This document shows, in pieces, positions 9,115-20,129 of a stretch of DNA of 64,000 nucleotides. The stretch's first letter is position 1. Every line of letters starts with the position of its first letter. The DNA is taken from the NCBI GenBank assembly GCA_963824995.1, contig CAWGRK010000005.1:1-64000 (forward strand). Reading direction: 5' to 3'. The notes beneath the pieces were generated by a model. The model worked only from the letters and a program-made list of their open reading frames with translations, did no database searches and was not told the origin of the DNA. Source of the DNA: an uncultured Actinomycetes bacterium (GTDB taxonomy: Bacteria; Actinomycetota; Acidimicrobiia; Spongiisociales; DATADW01). The position numbers were made by a program, and so were the translations under genes.

Positions 9115-10056
9115 TCAGTCACGTTCGAGCAACTCCATCACCTCGTGCTCGTCTGGCATGGCATCGGCGCAGGCAAGGCGGGCGGCGACATAGGCACCCG
9201 CAGCGTTGGCGAACCGTACGGTCTTGATCGCGTCCCACCCTTGGAGCAAGCCGTGACACAGCGCCGCGCCGAACGCGTCGCCGGCGCCGAGCCCGTTGAC
9301 CACCGTCACCTCGACCGGGTCCACCCGGCTTCGGCCGCCCTCCCAGGAGACCAGCACCCCTTGGGGGCCGAGCTTGACCACGGCCATTTCGAGACCGAGG
9401 TCGAGCAGTCGATCCGCCAATTCATCCGGCTCCCCTGGTCCCACGGCGACGGCACACTCCTCGAGGTTTCCCACCGCAACCGTGGCGTGCGCCAAGGCGT
9501 CGCGTTGCCAGCGCCCTGCCTCCTGCGGCTCGCTCCAGAACATCGATCTGTAGTCGAGATCGTGGACCGTTGGTGGCTTCCTGTCTCTTGCGCGGAGAGC
9601 GGCCAGCGTGGCGTCTCGACTGGGCGGTGCCGAGAGACCAGTGCCCGTCGTCCAGAACACCCGGCTCGTCTTCACCGCGCTCAAGTCGAGCTCCTCTTCG
9701 GTGAGTGTCATGTCCGGCGCTGTCGGCTCCCGGTAGAAGAGAAGGGGGAAGTGGTCCGGCGGAAAGAGCTCGCAAAAGACAACCGGGGTCCGCAGCGTGG
9801 GGTGGGTCCCCACGAATCGGTCGTCCACTCCGAACCCGCGCAGCGCCTGGCGAACGTATTCCCCAAAGCCATCATCGCCCACCTTGGTGATCACCGCCGC
9901 CCGGTGGCCGTAGCGCGCCGCACCAACGGCCACGTTGGTGGCGGTTCCCCCCAGGGACTTGGCAAAGGACGAGACTGCGGCGAGCGGCATCCCCGACTGC
10001 TCGGGGTAGAGGTCCACGCCCACCCGTCCCATCGTCAGGACGTCGAAGGCGCTCAT
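9115..10056 (-). CDS. iolC: 5-dehydro-2-deoxygluconokinase
   Basis: [46 protein letters not shown] (PfkB family). Confidence 0.95.
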   Translation of the reverse strand: MSAFDVLTMGRVGVDLYPEQSGMPLAAVSSFAKSLGGTATNVAVGAARYGHRAAVITKVGDDGFGEYVRQALRGFGVDDRFVGTHPTLRTPVVFCELFPPDHFPLLFYREPTAPDMTLTEEELDLSAVKTSRVFWTTGTGLSAPPSRDATLAALRARDRKPPTVHDLDYRSMFWSEPQEAGRWQRDALAHATVAVGNLEECAVAVGPGEPDELADRLLDLGLEMAVVKLGPQGVLVSWEGGRSRVDPVEVTVVNGLGAGDAFGAALCHGLLQGWDAIKTVRFANAAGAYVAARLACADAMPDEHEVMELLERD

Positions 10057-10979
10057 TCGGCCGGTGGGCTGTCCTCCGGTGCGCCCAGTGCCTCGCTGTC
10101 TTCGGCCTCGGCGTGGAGCGTGGCGGCAGCCTCCCGCAGCTCACTTGCGCCCTCGCCACCCTGGCGGGAAGCCGACTCGAGTTCATGCGAGAGCACCTCG
10201 AGGTCGGCGCCACCGGCCATCATCTGGACCAGCTGTTCGAGTGCGATGTCCGCCTTGGCGTAGTCCCCGAATACCTGGCCGCGCCGAAGGATGACGAAAT
10301 GGTCCCCGACCGGATAGGCGTGGTGGGGGTTGTGCGTGATGAAGATCACTCCGATGCCGCGCTGCTTTGCCTGGACCACGTAGCGCAGCACCACTCCTGC
10401 CTGCTTGACCCCGAGTGCCGCTGTCGGCTCGTCGAGGATCAGCACCTTGGCACCGAAGTAGACGGCGCGGGCGATGGCGACCGATTGGCGCTCGCCACCC
10501 GAGAGCGTGCCCACCGGCTGGTCGGGATCTCGGATGTCGATCCCCATCTTCGACATCTCCTCGCGGGTCGTCCGCTTGGCGAAGTCGATGTCGTAACGAC
10601 GGAAAGGGCCCCACCCGCGTGTGGGCTCCGAGCCCAGGAAGAAGTTCCGCCAGATGCTCATCAAGGGGATCATCGCCAGGTCCTGATAGACGGTTGCGAT
10701 CCCCTTCTCCAGCGCTTCCCGGGGTGAGGAGAATTCGACCTCCTCACCTTCGAATCGGTAAACGCCCTCGTCGGCCCTGTGCACACCGGAAAGCGTCTTG
10801 ATGAGGGTGGACTTGCCCGCCCCGTTGTCGCCGAGCAGACAGGTCACCTCGCCTGCCCGGACAAAGACAGAGATGTCCTGGAGGGCAATGACGTTTCCGA
10901 AATACTTCGAGATGTGCTCCACCTCGAGGAGAGGGGAGCCATTGGGGTGTTCGGCCTCGGCGGTCATTGTCGCCGTCAT
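10053..10979 (-). CDS. Sugar (inositol) ABC transporter ATP-binding protein
   Basis: [25 protein letters not shown] 10979 overlaps the permease TGA (ATGA). The 665 aa ORF-track fusion is a frameshift artefact. Confidence 0.92.
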   Translation of the reverse strand: MTATMTAEAEHPNGSPLLEVEHISKYFGNVIALQDISVFVRAGEVTCLLGDNGAGKSTLIKTLSGVHRADEGVYRFEGEEVEFSSPREALEKGIATVYQDLAMIPLMSIWRNFFLGSEPTRGWGPFRRYDIDFAKRTTREEMSKMGIDIRDPDQPVGTLSGGERQSVAIARAVYFGAKVLILDEPTAALGVKQAGVVLRYVVQAKQRGIGVIFITHNPHHAYPVGDHFVILRRGQVFGDYAKADIALEQLVQMMAGGADLEVLSHELESASRQGGEGASELREAAATLHAEAEDSEALGAPEDSPPAE

Positions 10980-12050
10980 CGCTTTACCGCCCTTCCCCTG
11001 ATCCAGTTGTTGAAGAGCACCGCTGCCACCAGCACACCGCCCAACACCACCTGGAACCAGTCGGCATCGACCCCGGTGAGCCTGATCCCCTGGTCGATCA
11101 TGGCGAAGGTGAGCGCACCGAGTGAGGCGCCGACCGCAGAGCCATAGCCGCCGGTGAGCAGGTTTCCGCCGACAACCGCGGCGATTATGGCTCGGAACTC
11201 GAGTTGGGTTCCTCGGAGAGTGTCCGCCCCGGTGAACTGGACCACCTGGAGCAACGCCACCAGGAATGCAGCCAAAGCCGTTGTCATGAACAGGGCCACC
11301 TTGAGCCGGGTGACCGGGACGCCGACGTTGCGGGCTGCGTTTGCGTCGCCCCCCGGCTCCGAAGATCCAGTTGCCCTGGCGTGTCCGGAGCAGCACCCAG
11401 GTGGCGAGGATCGTGAGCAGGATCCACCACAGGATGGTGATGCTGAAGCGTGCCCCGCCGAAGTTGAGTTGACCGGCGAGGAACGGTCGGGCCGACTCGT
11501 ACCCGGCCACCTGGTCGAGATCGCCCAACTGGGTCCTGTTGGTCAAGCTCCGCGTCAAGGCGATGGTCAATCCGCGGAATATGAAGAGGGAGCCGAGGGT
11601 GATGATGAAGGACGGGAGCTTGGTGCTCATCACCAGTGCCCCGTTGAAGGCGCCGATCAGCAGCGATAACACCAGAGCCACCGCCACGGCGGGCCAGAAC
11701 GACCAGCCGAAGCCGCCACCCGCCTCCGCGGTAACCAGCACCATGATCGTCATCCCGGCGAAGCCCACGATCGATCCGATCGACAGGTCGAACTCGCCGG
11801 CGATCATCAACAGAGCGACGGCCACGGCGAGGATCCCGAGAGGTGCAGCCGTGTTGAGCACGGCGGCGGTGGCCTGCCAACTCACGAAGTTGTTGTCGAA
11901 CGCCACCACCGCGAGGAAGACGTAGACGAGGACGACCGCCACGATCGCCCCGACCTCGGGGCGGGCGAGGAGGCGGCTGATCAACCCGACCTGGCGGACC
12001 CGTTCGTCCGCCGGGGGCGCCATAGGTGGTGGCGCGCTGTCTGCGGTCAC
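10976..12050 (-). CDS. Sugar (inositol) ABC transporter permease, frameshifted near 11350
   Basis: GEFDLSIGS and LPSFIITLG in the first frame; [15 protein letters not shown] in ORF 10976-11299; break at a homopolymer run at 11349-11354. Confidence 0.88.
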
Positions 12051-12085
12051 GCTATGCCTCCTCTCCGCACCTCATTCGAATCTAA

Positions 12086-12120
12086 CGGAGGTGGCCCGCC
12101 CCCTAGCGGGCCACCATCCG
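12086..12120 (-). terminator. GC-rich stem-loop after the substrate-binding gene (partial terminator or mRNA stabiliser)
   Basis: GGTGGCCCGC-6 nt-GCGGGCCACC extended by CGGA/TCCG. Confidence 0.65.
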
Positions 12121-12123
12121 AAC

Positions 12124-13185
12124 TCAGCGGAGCCCGGACTCCGAGAAACTGACAACGTCGGCCGCGTTCTCCGCCGTGACCAACTGAGGTCCGGTGAGGA
12201 TCACGCGCTCGACGCTTCCCAGCGGGATCGCCCCGGTTTCCAGGTATTGGGTGAGCAGCACGATCGGCAGGTATCCCTGCAGGTACTGCGCCTGGTCGAT
12301 GGCGAACGCCATGTCGCCATCCGTGATCGCCTGGAGCACCTCAGGAGAGAGGTCGAAGGTGGCGAATGTGATCGTCCCCAGCGACCCGGCCTCGTCGAGC
12401 GCAGCCAGTGTCGGGATTGCACCGGTTGGGCCGAGGGTGAGGATGCCATTGGCATCGGGGTTCGCCTGGAGAGCCGACGCCACCGACTGCTGGGCGCCTG
12501 TCGGATCGTTCAGATCCACCGGGATCACCTCGACCGTTCCGCCCAAGCCCTCGGTGAACCCCTCGCAGCGGAGGTCCAGGGCGACGTTGCCCACCTCTTG
12601 GTTGATGCACAGGGCGTTGGTGACTTCCGCCTCGGCGAATGCAAGTCCGGCAATGAGCCCTGCCTCGCGCTCGGTCTGCCCGACATGCACCAACACTCCA
12701 AGGTCGGCGAACACGTCGCTTCCAGAGTTCATCGAGATCACCGGGATGCCGGCATCGACCGCCGCTTGGATCGAGGGCCCGAGCGCGTCGGCGTCGGGGA
12801 TCGACACGACGAGGCCGTCTGGCTGCCCGGCGACCGCGGTATCGATGATCTGGCTCATGGCGACCATGTCGAACGTGCCTGGCGCCTGGTAGTTGGCAGT
12901 CACGCCCATGTCCTCGGCCCCGGCAGTCACTCCGTTGGCCGCAACCGACCAGAAGGGGTCGGAGGCCTGGCCGTGTGTCACCACCTCGAAGGTGTAGTCG
13001 CGCTGGGTCACCCCACCTCCGGCCTCGGTGCTGCCGGTGCTGGCGGCGGTCGTGTCGGCTCCGCCTACTGCGGTCGTGTCGGTTCCACCGTCACCGGACG
13101 TGGTAGCGGTGCCACCGTCACCACCGCACGCGGCGAGCACCACCAAGATCACCCCTGTCAACGCGAGCCATGACTTCCGTGTCAC
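12124..13185 (-). CDS. Sugar (inositol) ABC transporter substrate-binding lipoprotein
   Basis: Lipobox [37 protein letters not shown]. Confidence 0.92.
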   Translation of the reverse strand: MTRKSWLALTGVILVVLAACGGDGGTATTSGDGGTDTTAVGGADTTAASTGSTEAGGGVTQRDYTFEVVTHGQASDPFWSVAANGVTAGAEDMGVTANYQAPGTFDMVAMSQIIDTAVAGQPDGLVVSIPDADALGPSIQAAVDAGIPVISMNSGSDVFADLGVLVHVGQTEREAGLIAGLAFAEAEVTNALCINQEVGNVALDLRCEGFTEGLGGTVEVIPVDLNDPTGAQQSVASALQANPDANGILTLGPTGAIPTLAALDEAGSLGTITFATFDLSPEVLQAITDGDMAFAIDQAQYLQGYLPIVLLTQYLETGAIPLGSVERVILTGPQLVTAENAADVVSFSESGLR

Positions 13186-13203
13186 ATCCTCCTCCTTCTG
13201 CCG

Positions 13204-14151
13204 TTACACGGGTCTGTTGGGACCCCTTGTCGCGCCCGGTCGCCCGGGCGACACCGTTGTCGAGAACTGGGCCTCCAGCCACCGCATACTCTCGGAGGCA
13301 TCGGCGCCAGGGCCGCTGCCCGGCTCTGGTTCGGTACTGACTACTACATCCTGTTCGAGGACGTACCAACCGTCGTAGCCGGCTTCCTCGAGAGTGGTGA
13401 TCACTGTGGTGAGGTCTACATCACCCCCGCCGAGGGGTCGATAGAGACCCTCGGCCACGGCGCGGTGGTAGCGCAACTCGCCGCGCCGCACCCGTCCTGC
13501 CAAAGCGGCATCGACGTCCTTGAGATGGACGTGGGCGATGCGACTCCTGTGCTCGAGTGCGATCTTCACCGGATCGCCGCCACCGGCGAGCACATGGCCG
13601 GTGTCGAGGCAGAGCAGCACCGCCGATTCAGCCAGCGCCCTTTCGATCTGTTCTGGAGATTCGACCACCGTTCCCAAGTGGGGGTGGAGCGATGCGGTAA
13701 GGCCATGCTTGCCACAGATCTCGGTCGCCTCCTCCAACGCCATACCAAGATGCCGCCACTCGTCGTCGGACAACTCCTCGGATGTCTCGTAGGAATCGTC
13801 GCTACCCGAGGCAGCGAGTACGGCGGTGTCGGCGCCGGCTGCGGCCATCGAGACAACGATTGCCTCCAGAGCAGCGATCTCTTCCCGCCAGCGGTCGGGG
13901 CGGTGCAGGACAATGGGTATGAACCCGCCGACCAGTCGGAGTCCGTGGCGGCGGAGTAACTCTTGCCGGGCGGAGGGATCGGTAGGGAGGAAACCCGCTG
14001 GTCCCAACTCGGTGGCCCGCATTCCGATGGACGCCATCTCGGAGAGCACCCGATCGGGTTCCATCCGGTGACCCCAAGCGGGCACCTCGCACACGCCCCA
14101 AGTTATGGGGGCACCGGCGACGCGATCGTGTGGATCCGTGCTGCCGATCAT
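13204..14151 (-). CDS. iolE: Myo-inosose-2 dehydratase
   Basis: VAGAPITWGVCEVP, ELGPAGF, LHPHLGT, LCLDTGH, HVHLKD, WYVLEQD; ATGA overlap with iolG. Confidence 0.85.
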   Translation of the reverse strand: MIGSTDPHDRVAGAPITWGVCEVPAWGHRMEPDRVLSEMASIGMRATELGPAGFLPTDPSARQELLRRHGLRLVGGFIPIVLHRPDRWREEIAALEAIVVSMAAAGADTAVLAASGSDDSYETSEELSDDEWRHLGMALEEATEICGKHGLTASLHPHLGTVVESPEQIERALAESAVLLCLDTGHVLAGGGDPVKIALEHRSRIAHVHLKDVDAALAGRVRRGELRYHRAVAEGLYRPLGGGDVDLTTVITTLEEAGYDGWYVLEQDVVVSTEPEPGSGPGADASESMRWLEAQFSTTVSPGRPGATRGPNRPV

Positions 14152-15143
14152 GCCACCTCGTCGATCCGTACCGGGCGGTGGTCTGCTCGAGACATATCGC
14201 AGGCCACCGCTACCCGCAGCGCCTCGAGGGCGTCCTCCGGCGTGCACGGATTCTGCCGGCGGCCAGCGGCCACCTCGAGAAACGCCGTCAGTTCGGCGCG
14301 ATAGGCCGGCTCGAATCGTTGTTGGAAATTGGCCCACGCCTCATCCGGTGGCGGGGGCATCCCCGGTTCGACCGAGCGCAGCGGCATCCGTTCGTCCCAG
14401 CCCACCGCGATCGCGTCTTCTGAGCCGATCAATTCCATTCGGATGTCGTAACCGCGCGGGTCATGGCGATTCACCGAGAGGACGCCGAGCGCTCCACCGC
14501 GGAGGCGGACCGTTGCGACGGCGGTGTCGACGTCGTCGTAGGAAGCGAACACCGGGAACCCGATCACCGACCCGTCGGCGTACACCTCCTCGACCTCTCG
14601 GCCGGTGACAAAGCGGAGGGCGTCGAAGTCATGGACGCTGAAGTCACGGAAAATGCCGCCTGACTGTGGGATGTACGACTCGTGTGGCGGCGCCGGGTCG
14701 TGCCCGGCCATTCGCACCAGGTAGAGGTTGCCGAGCCCGCCGCTGAGGACCAGCTCGGAAGCGGCCCGAAACCCCGGGTCGAAGCGTCGCTGGAACCCCA
14801 TTTGGAGTGTGATCCCGCTGCGCTTGACGTGCTCGACGACGGCGCGGGTCGATTCGATATCGAGCGAAATGGGCTTCTCGCAGAAGGTGGTGAGCCCGGC
14901 ATCGACGCTGGCATGGATGAGCTCGGCGTGGGTGTCGGTGGAGCTTGCGATCACCACGGCCCCCACTTTCCCCAGGAGGTCGTCCACCGAACTCGCCTCT
15001 TCGTAGCCGCGCTCGGCGGCGAGTTTCGCCGCCCGCTCAGCATCGACATCGGCGATCACAACCCGGTCCACCGAGGGGAGCGAGGCAAGCGTGGCGGCGT
15101 GGAACGCTCCGATGCGCCCCACTCCGATTACGCCAATGTCCAT
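14148..15143 (-). CDS. iolG: Myo-inositol 2-dehydrogenase (Gfo/Idh/MocA family)
   Basis: IGVIGVGRIG, FCEKP, GFQRRFD, SGGIFRDFSVHDFD, GYDIRMEL. Confidence 0.88.
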   Translation of the reverse strand: MDIGVIGVGRIGAFHAATLASLPSVDRVVIADVDAERAAKLAAERGYEEASSVDDLLGKVGAVVIASSTDTHAELIHASVDAGLTTFCEKPISLDIESTRAVVEHVKRSGITLQMGFQRRFDPGFRAASELVLSGGLGNLYLVRMAGHDPAPPHESYIPQSGGIFRDFSVHDFDALRFVTGREVEEVYADGSVIGFPVFASYDDVDTAVATVRLRGGALGVLSVNRHDPRGYDIRMELIGSEDAIAVGWDERMPLRSVEPGMPPPPDEAWANFQQRFEPAYRAELTAFLEVAAGRRQNPCTPEDALEALRVAVACDMSRADHRPVRIDEVA

Positions 15144-15166
15144 GGAGAGCCTCGCTTGCGGCAAGA

Positions 15167-15180
15167 TTGGAACGTTCCAA
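15167..15180. promoter_or_regulatory. LacI-family operator TTGGAACGTTCCAA in the divergent iolG/iolD promoter
   Basis: Perfect 14 bp palindrome with the LacI-type AACGTT centre; identical copy at 17142. Confidence 0.85.
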
Positions 15181-15260
15181 CAAGCGGCGATACCATAGGG
15201 TGCCCGACTCGAAGCTGTCAAGAGGCGTCACGCGCTTTCATAGGTCCAAGGAGGTCGTCG

Positions 15261-17117
15261 ATGGAGACCATGCGGCTAACCACAGCCCAGGCCATCGTCC
15301 GTTACCTGATCGCCCAGCGGATGGAGGATGGGAGCGCCGACCTGCCGCTGTTCCCCGGGGTCTTCGCCATCTTCGGTCACGGGAACGTGACCTGCCTCGG
15401 TGAAGCGCTCGAGATGGAGAGAGACCGTCTACCGACGTGGCGCGGGCAGAACGAGCAGACCATGGCGATGGCTGCGGTGGCTTTCGCCAAAGCCCGCCGG
15501 CGGCGTCAGATCATGGTGGCGACCTCGTCGATCGGGCCCGGTGCCGCCAACATGGTGACGGCTGCCGGCATCGCCATGGCCAACAGGCTCCCGCTGCTGC
15601 TCCTGTCGGGAGACACGTTCACAAACCGCCTCCCCGATCCAGTGCTCCAACAAGTGGAGCACTTCGGCGACCCGACCATGACCGTAAACGACGCCTTCAA
15701 GGCGGTGTGCCGCTTCTGGGACCGCATCACCCACCCGGCGCAGATCATCAACAGCCTGCCCCGCGCCGTCGCCACCATGCTCGATCCCGGCGGTGGCGGT
15801 CCCGCCTTTCTGGGGTTGGCCCAAGACGTCCAGGCCGAGGCCTTCGACTACCCGGTGGAGTTCTTCAACAAGAGGGTCCACAGGATCAGGCGACCCGGCC
15901 CCGACCCAGCCGAACTCGAGGCGGCGGCGGAAGTGCTCAGGGGGGCCAACCGTCCGCTGGTGATCGCCGGCGGGGGGGTCACTACAGCGGCGCCGCCGAA
16001 TCGCTGCGGCTTTTCGTCGAGCAGTACCGCTTGCCGGTCGTGGAAACGGTCGCAGGCAAGTCCTCGCTGCGATGGGACCACCCCAACTTCGTGGGTCCCA
16101 TTGGCGTTACCGGGAGCACCTCCGCCAACGAGATGGCGGCCGAGGCCGATGTGGTTCTGGCCGTGGGGACCAGGTTGCAGGACTTCACCACGGGTTCCTG
16201 GTCGGTGTTCCGAAACCCGGGGATGCGGTTGGTGATGCTCAACGCCGCAACACACGACGCGGTCAAGCACATGGCGCACCCGCTGGTCGCAGACGCGCTG
16301 GCGGGGGCTGGAGGCCCTGGCGGAAGCCCTGGCCGGCTGGCAGTCCGACCCCGAGTGGCTCGCCCGCGGTCAGCACCTCTACCAGACGTGGAACTCCTAC
16401 CTCGACGAGGCGGCGGCGCCGCCCGATCAGGGCGAGCCCCCCTCGTATCAGGCCGTGATCAGGGTGGTCAACGAAAACGTCACCGGTGAGGACTACGTGG
16501 TTGCTGCAGCCGGCGGGCTCCCCGGTGAGCTCAACAAGGGCTGGCGCTCGGTTGGTATCGGCACCTTCGACTGCGAGTACGGGTTCAGCTGCATGGGTTA
16601 CGAGATCGGAGGGGCATGGGGGGCAGCGATGGCGAAGTCGGCCGGAGCCGGGGGTGCCGTCATCTCTTTCTGCGGTGACGGCTCCTACCTCATGGCCAAT
16701 TCCGAGTTGTACAGCTCGGTGCTCGCCGGGCACCCCTTCGTCCTCATCCTCTGTGACAACGGCGGTTACGCGGTCATCGACCGCTTGCAGACCTTCAAGG
16801 GCAGCGCCTCCTTCAACAACATGCTCGAGGACACGCTGCACGGCGACCTGGTGCGGGTCGATTTCGTCAAGCACGCCGAGTCGCTCGGAGCCTGGGTCGA
16901 GGCAGTTCCTACGCTCGATGCTCTGCCCGATGCCCTGGCCCGTGCCAGGAACGCCGACCGGACCGCGGTGCTGGTGCTAACCACCGATCCGCACCGCTGG
17001 ACCGAGGGAGATGCCTGGTGGGATGTAGGCGTTCCCGAGGTCAGCGATCGCGAGCAGGTGCTCGTCGCCCGTGGCGAGCACGAGGCCGAACGCAAGCACC
17101 AGCGCATCGGCGTTTGA
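15261..17117 (+). CDS. iolD: THcHDO hydrolase (TPP-dependent), two frameshifts near 15975 and 16305
   Basis: SD AAGGAGG; METMRLTTAQAIVRYL, FAIFGHGNV, GQNEQ, PDPVLQQVE; GTRLQDFTTGS; CEYGFSCMGYEIGGAWG, GDGSYLM; both breaks at G runs. Confidence 0.92.
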
Positions 17118-17141
17118 TCCCGACACTGCCGATCCCGTTGG

Positions 17142-17155
17142 TTGGAACGTTCCAA
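17142..17155. promoter_or_regulatory. LacI-family operator TTGGAACGTTCCAA (autoregulatory)
   Basis: Identical to 15167-15180; 10 nt upstream of the -10-like TAGAGT (17166-17171) of the LacI gene. Confidence 0.85.
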
Positions 17156-17177
17156 TGAGCGAGGCTAGAGTCGAAGG

Positions 17178-18185
17178 GTGGCGTCGAGCCATCCCACCAT
17201 CATCGACGTCGCCCGTCGCGCCGGCGTGTCGAAGTCACTCGTGTCGATGGTCATGCGCGGCGCAGCGAATGTGGGTGCCGAGCGGCGGGCGAGAGTGCTC
17301 GCCGCCGCGGAGGAACTTGGCTACCGCCCCAACGCGGCGGCCCGGAGCTTGGTCAGGCAGCGGACCAACCTGGTGGGAATCCTTCTCTCCGACCTTCACA
17401 ACCCTTACTTCACAGAGGTGGTCGAGGGGATCGAGGAGGCGGCATCCGCCGCCGACTACCGAGCGTTGATAACCAGCGGGAGCCGTGTGCAGGCTCGCGA
17501 AGCGCGGGCCCTGGACACGCTGCTCCAACTCAGGGTGGACGGGCTGATCCTTGCCGGCACGGTGCTCGACTCCAGGTCAATCAGGAACGCCGCTCGAACC
17601 TGCCCGGTCACCCTCGTTGCCCGGGCCACCAGGGCGGCCGGGATCGACAGTGTGGTCAACGATGACCGCGCCGGAGCGGCTATGGCGGTCGATCACCTGC
17701 GGTCGCTCGGGCACGCCCGCATCGCCCACATCGACGGTGGGGCAGGCGCAGGGGCGGCCAGCAGGCGATCCGGCTTCCTCGCCGCGATGCGGCGACATGG
17801 GTTGGAGCGTTCCGCTCAGGTTGTGGGTGGAGATTTCACCGAGGCCGGGGGAGCGGCCGGCGTAGAGGCGGTCCTCGCTGGAGGCGACCCCCCAACGGCG
17901 GTTTTTGTCTCCAATGACCTCGCCGCAATCGGTGCCCTCCATGCTCTCGAGGCCGCCGGACTGGCCGTTCCCGGGGACGTCTCGCTGGTGGGCTACGACA
18001 ACACGGGCCTCGCCGCGTTGGGCCACATAGGTCTGACCACGATCGACCAACCAAGGCACGCCATGGGGATGACCGGGGTCGAATTGCTGTTGGAGCGGGT
18101 CGAATCGGGACGCACCGCGCCGCGCCACATCGTGATCGCCCCCCGTCTGGTAGTCCGCCGCACCACCGCACCCCCTCGCACCTGA
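17178..18185 (+). CDS. LacI-family repressor (inositol regulon)
   Basis: PTIIDVARRAGVSKSLVS, LGYRPNAAARSL, VSLVGYDN, LTTIDQP. Confidence 0.95.
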   Translation: MASSHPTIIDVARRAGVSKSLVSMVMRGAANVGAERRARVLAAAEELGYRPNAAARSLVRQRTNLVGILLSDLHNPYFTEVVEGIEEAASAADYRALITSGSRVQAREARALDTLLQLRVDGLILAGTVLDSRSIRNAARTCPVTLVARATRAAGIDSVVNDDRAGAAMAVDHLRSLGHARIAHIDGGAGAGAASRRSGFLAAMRRHGLERSAQVVGGDFTEAGGAAGVEAVLAGGDPPTAVFVSNDLAAIGALHALEAAGLAVPGDVSLVGYDNTGLAALGHIGLTTIDQPRHAMGMTGVELLLERVESGRTAPRHIVIAPRLVVRRTTAPPRT

Positions 18186-18189
18186 GCCG

Positions 18190-18238
18190 CCAACCCTGGG
18201 TTGGGGAGTACCGGCGCGGTAGCTGCCAACCCTGGGTT
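18190..18238. repeat. Pair of short palindromes CCAACCCTGGGTT(GG), REP-like
   Basis: 18190-18204 and 18226-18238, separated by a TACCG-GCG-CGGTA mini-hairpin. Confidence 0.55.
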
Positions 18239-18286
18239 CGATGCAGTGGTGCTCCGTTACTCTGGATGGCCCGACCTGGAGGCAGC

Positions 18287-18841
18287 ATGACCACGTTGCC
18301 GGATCGTCCCAACACGGCTCTCCTCGTGATCGACGTCCAGAAGGGCGTCGTCGCCGACGCTCATCAGCGCGACGAGGTGATCGGCAACATCAGTGAGGTC
18401 GTCGCCAAGGCACGGGCGGCCGACGTCCCGGTCATCTGGGTCCAGCACTCCTCCGACAACCTGCCCATGGGCAGCGACGAGTGGCAGTACGTCGACGAAC
18501 TCCAGCGGACCGAGGCGGAGCCCGTGGTTCACAAGCGATACGGCGACTCGTTCGAGGACACCGACCTCGAGTCCGAGTTGGCGGCGCGTCACATCGGCCG
18601 CCTCGTCGTCACCGGCGCCCAGACCGACGAGTGCGTCCGTTCGACTCTGCACGGAGCGATCACCCGCGGCTATGACACGGTCCTGGTTGGAGATGCCCAC
18701 ACCACAGAGGATCTCTCGGAGTGGGGTGCCCCCACCCCGGACAAGGTGATCTCGCATACCAACATGTACTGGTCGGGGCACTCGGCGCCGGGTCGCTCCG
18801 CAGGGGTGGTAGATACCGCCGACGTCAGCTTCGACGGCTGA
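18287..18841 (+). CDS. Isochorismatase-family cysteine hydrolase
   Basis: SD GGAGG; ALLVIDVQ, VHKRYGDSF, TGAQTDECVRST, DAHTT. Confidence 0.92.
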   Translation: MTTLPDRPNTALLVIDVQKGVVADAHQRDEVIGNISEVVAKARAADVPVIWVQHSSDNLPMGSDEWQYVDELQRTEAEPVVHKRYGDSFEDTDLESELAARHIGRLVVTGAQTDECVRSTLHGAITRGYDTVLVGDAHTTEDLSEWGAPTPDKVISHTNMYWSGHSAPGRSAGVVDTADVSFDG

Positions 18842-18962
18842 AGGCGGCACCTGCAAAGGTCGTCGCCGGACCATTGGCCCCGCAGGTCCGCGCCGACCCC
18901 CCGGATTGTCGGTAGAGTCGGCGCCGGCGGGCGGGTGAGGGCAAGAGCACGGTGGTGAGCCG

Positions 18963-20123
18963 GTGAGACGGCTTCTCAGGACGCTCCTTGTTGTGGCGCT
19001 CGTCGTCTTCGTGGTCTATGCCGCCGCGGGGTGGTATTTCTCCGAGGAGTTGCGGCGCGACGCCCTGGAAACGGCACCCTCGGAAAACGAGCCGACGGTA
19101 GAGGTCATGGGGACGGACGGCGGGAGGATCACCCTGGCCCAGGGCGATCCCGAGGACGAAGAGTTGACCGCCCCCGGGACCTTCGGGCTCTCCTGGGATG
19201 GCGGCTACGGGCGTGTCACCGGGATCCTCGAACGGGAAGACGATGAAGTGGTCCGCCGCTTCAACGAATTCGAAGGGGGTCGCCCCGCTGATGGAGTGTT
19301 GACCGACGTCGACCCGACCGTCTACCCCGGCAACCCGATGCGGGCACTCGGCTTGCCCTTCGAGGAGGTCACCTACGAAACCCCGATCGGCCCTATGGAT
19401 GCCTGGCTGGTGCCAGGGACCGGACGGACGTGGATGGTGATGGTCCACGGCAAGGGAGCAACGCGCACCGAGGGCATGAGGATGCTCTCGGCGACGAGCG
19501 ATCTCGGCTGGCCGACCCTGATGATCACCTACCGCAACGACCCGGGCCAGCCACCCGACCCGAGCGGTTGGTACCGATACGGCGAGACCGAGTGGCAGGA
19601 CCTCGAGGGTGCCGTTCGGTTGGCAGTGGACGAGGGTGCGCAACGGGTGGTCCTGGTCGGCTTGTCTTCCGGCGCCGGCATATCGCTCTCGTTTCTCTAC
19701 GAGTCGGACCTGGCTGACCGCGTGGTAGGTGCGGTATTCGATGCTCCCAACATCGACTTCCTCCAGACGGTCGAGTACGGGGCCTCGCAACGGAACCTGC
19801 CGATCCCGTTCATCGATATCGGGTTACCGGATTCGCTCACCGCGGTAGCCACCTGGATCTCGGCGTGGCGATTCGACCTCGATTGGCAGGCTCTCGACTA
19901 CATCGCCCGCGCCGACGAGCTCGATGTCCCCATCCTCGTGTTCCATGGCGACGCCGACACCACGGTCCCGGTCGAGCAGAGTCAGGAGTTTGCCGACGCA
20001 CGTCCCGATCTGGTTCGACTGGTCGTGGTCGAGGGGGCGGGGCACGTCCAGTCGTGGAACGCCATCCCGCAGCGATACGGCGATGCAGTGAACCGCTTCC
20101 TCAGAAATCTGCGGGGGGGCTAG
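18963..20123 (+). CDS. Membrane-anchored or secreted alpha/beta hydrolase
   Basis: N-terminal TM segment; VHGKG, GLSSG nucleophile elbow, FHGDADTTVP, GAGHVQSWN. Confidence 0.88.
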   Translation: MRRLLRTLLVVALVVFVVYAAAGWYFSEELRRDALETAPSENEPTVEVMGTDGGRITLAQGDPEDEELTAPGTFGLSWDGGYGRVTGILEREDDEVVRRFNEFEGGRPADGVLTDVDPTVYPGNPMRALGLPFEEVTYETPIGPMDAWLVPGTGRTWMVMVHGKGATRTEGMRMLSATSDLGWPTLMITYRNDPGQPPDPSGWYRYGETEWQDLEGAVRLAVDEGAQRVVLVGLSSGAGISLSFLYESDLADRVVGAVFDAPNIDFLQTVEYGASQRNLPIPFIDIGLPDSLTAVATWISAWRFDLDWQALDYIARADELDVPILVFHGDADTTVPVEQSQEFADARPDLVRLVVVEGAGHVQSWNAIPQRYGDAVNRFLRNLRGG

Positions 20124-20129
20124 CCGGCG

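Noticed and set aside
10053..12050. 665 aa permease-ATPase fusion in the ORF track
   Set aside because: The middle is out-of-frame nonsense. The real permease C-terminus is in ORF 10976-11299 and the ATPase has its own ATGA-coupled start, so this is a frameshift artefact.
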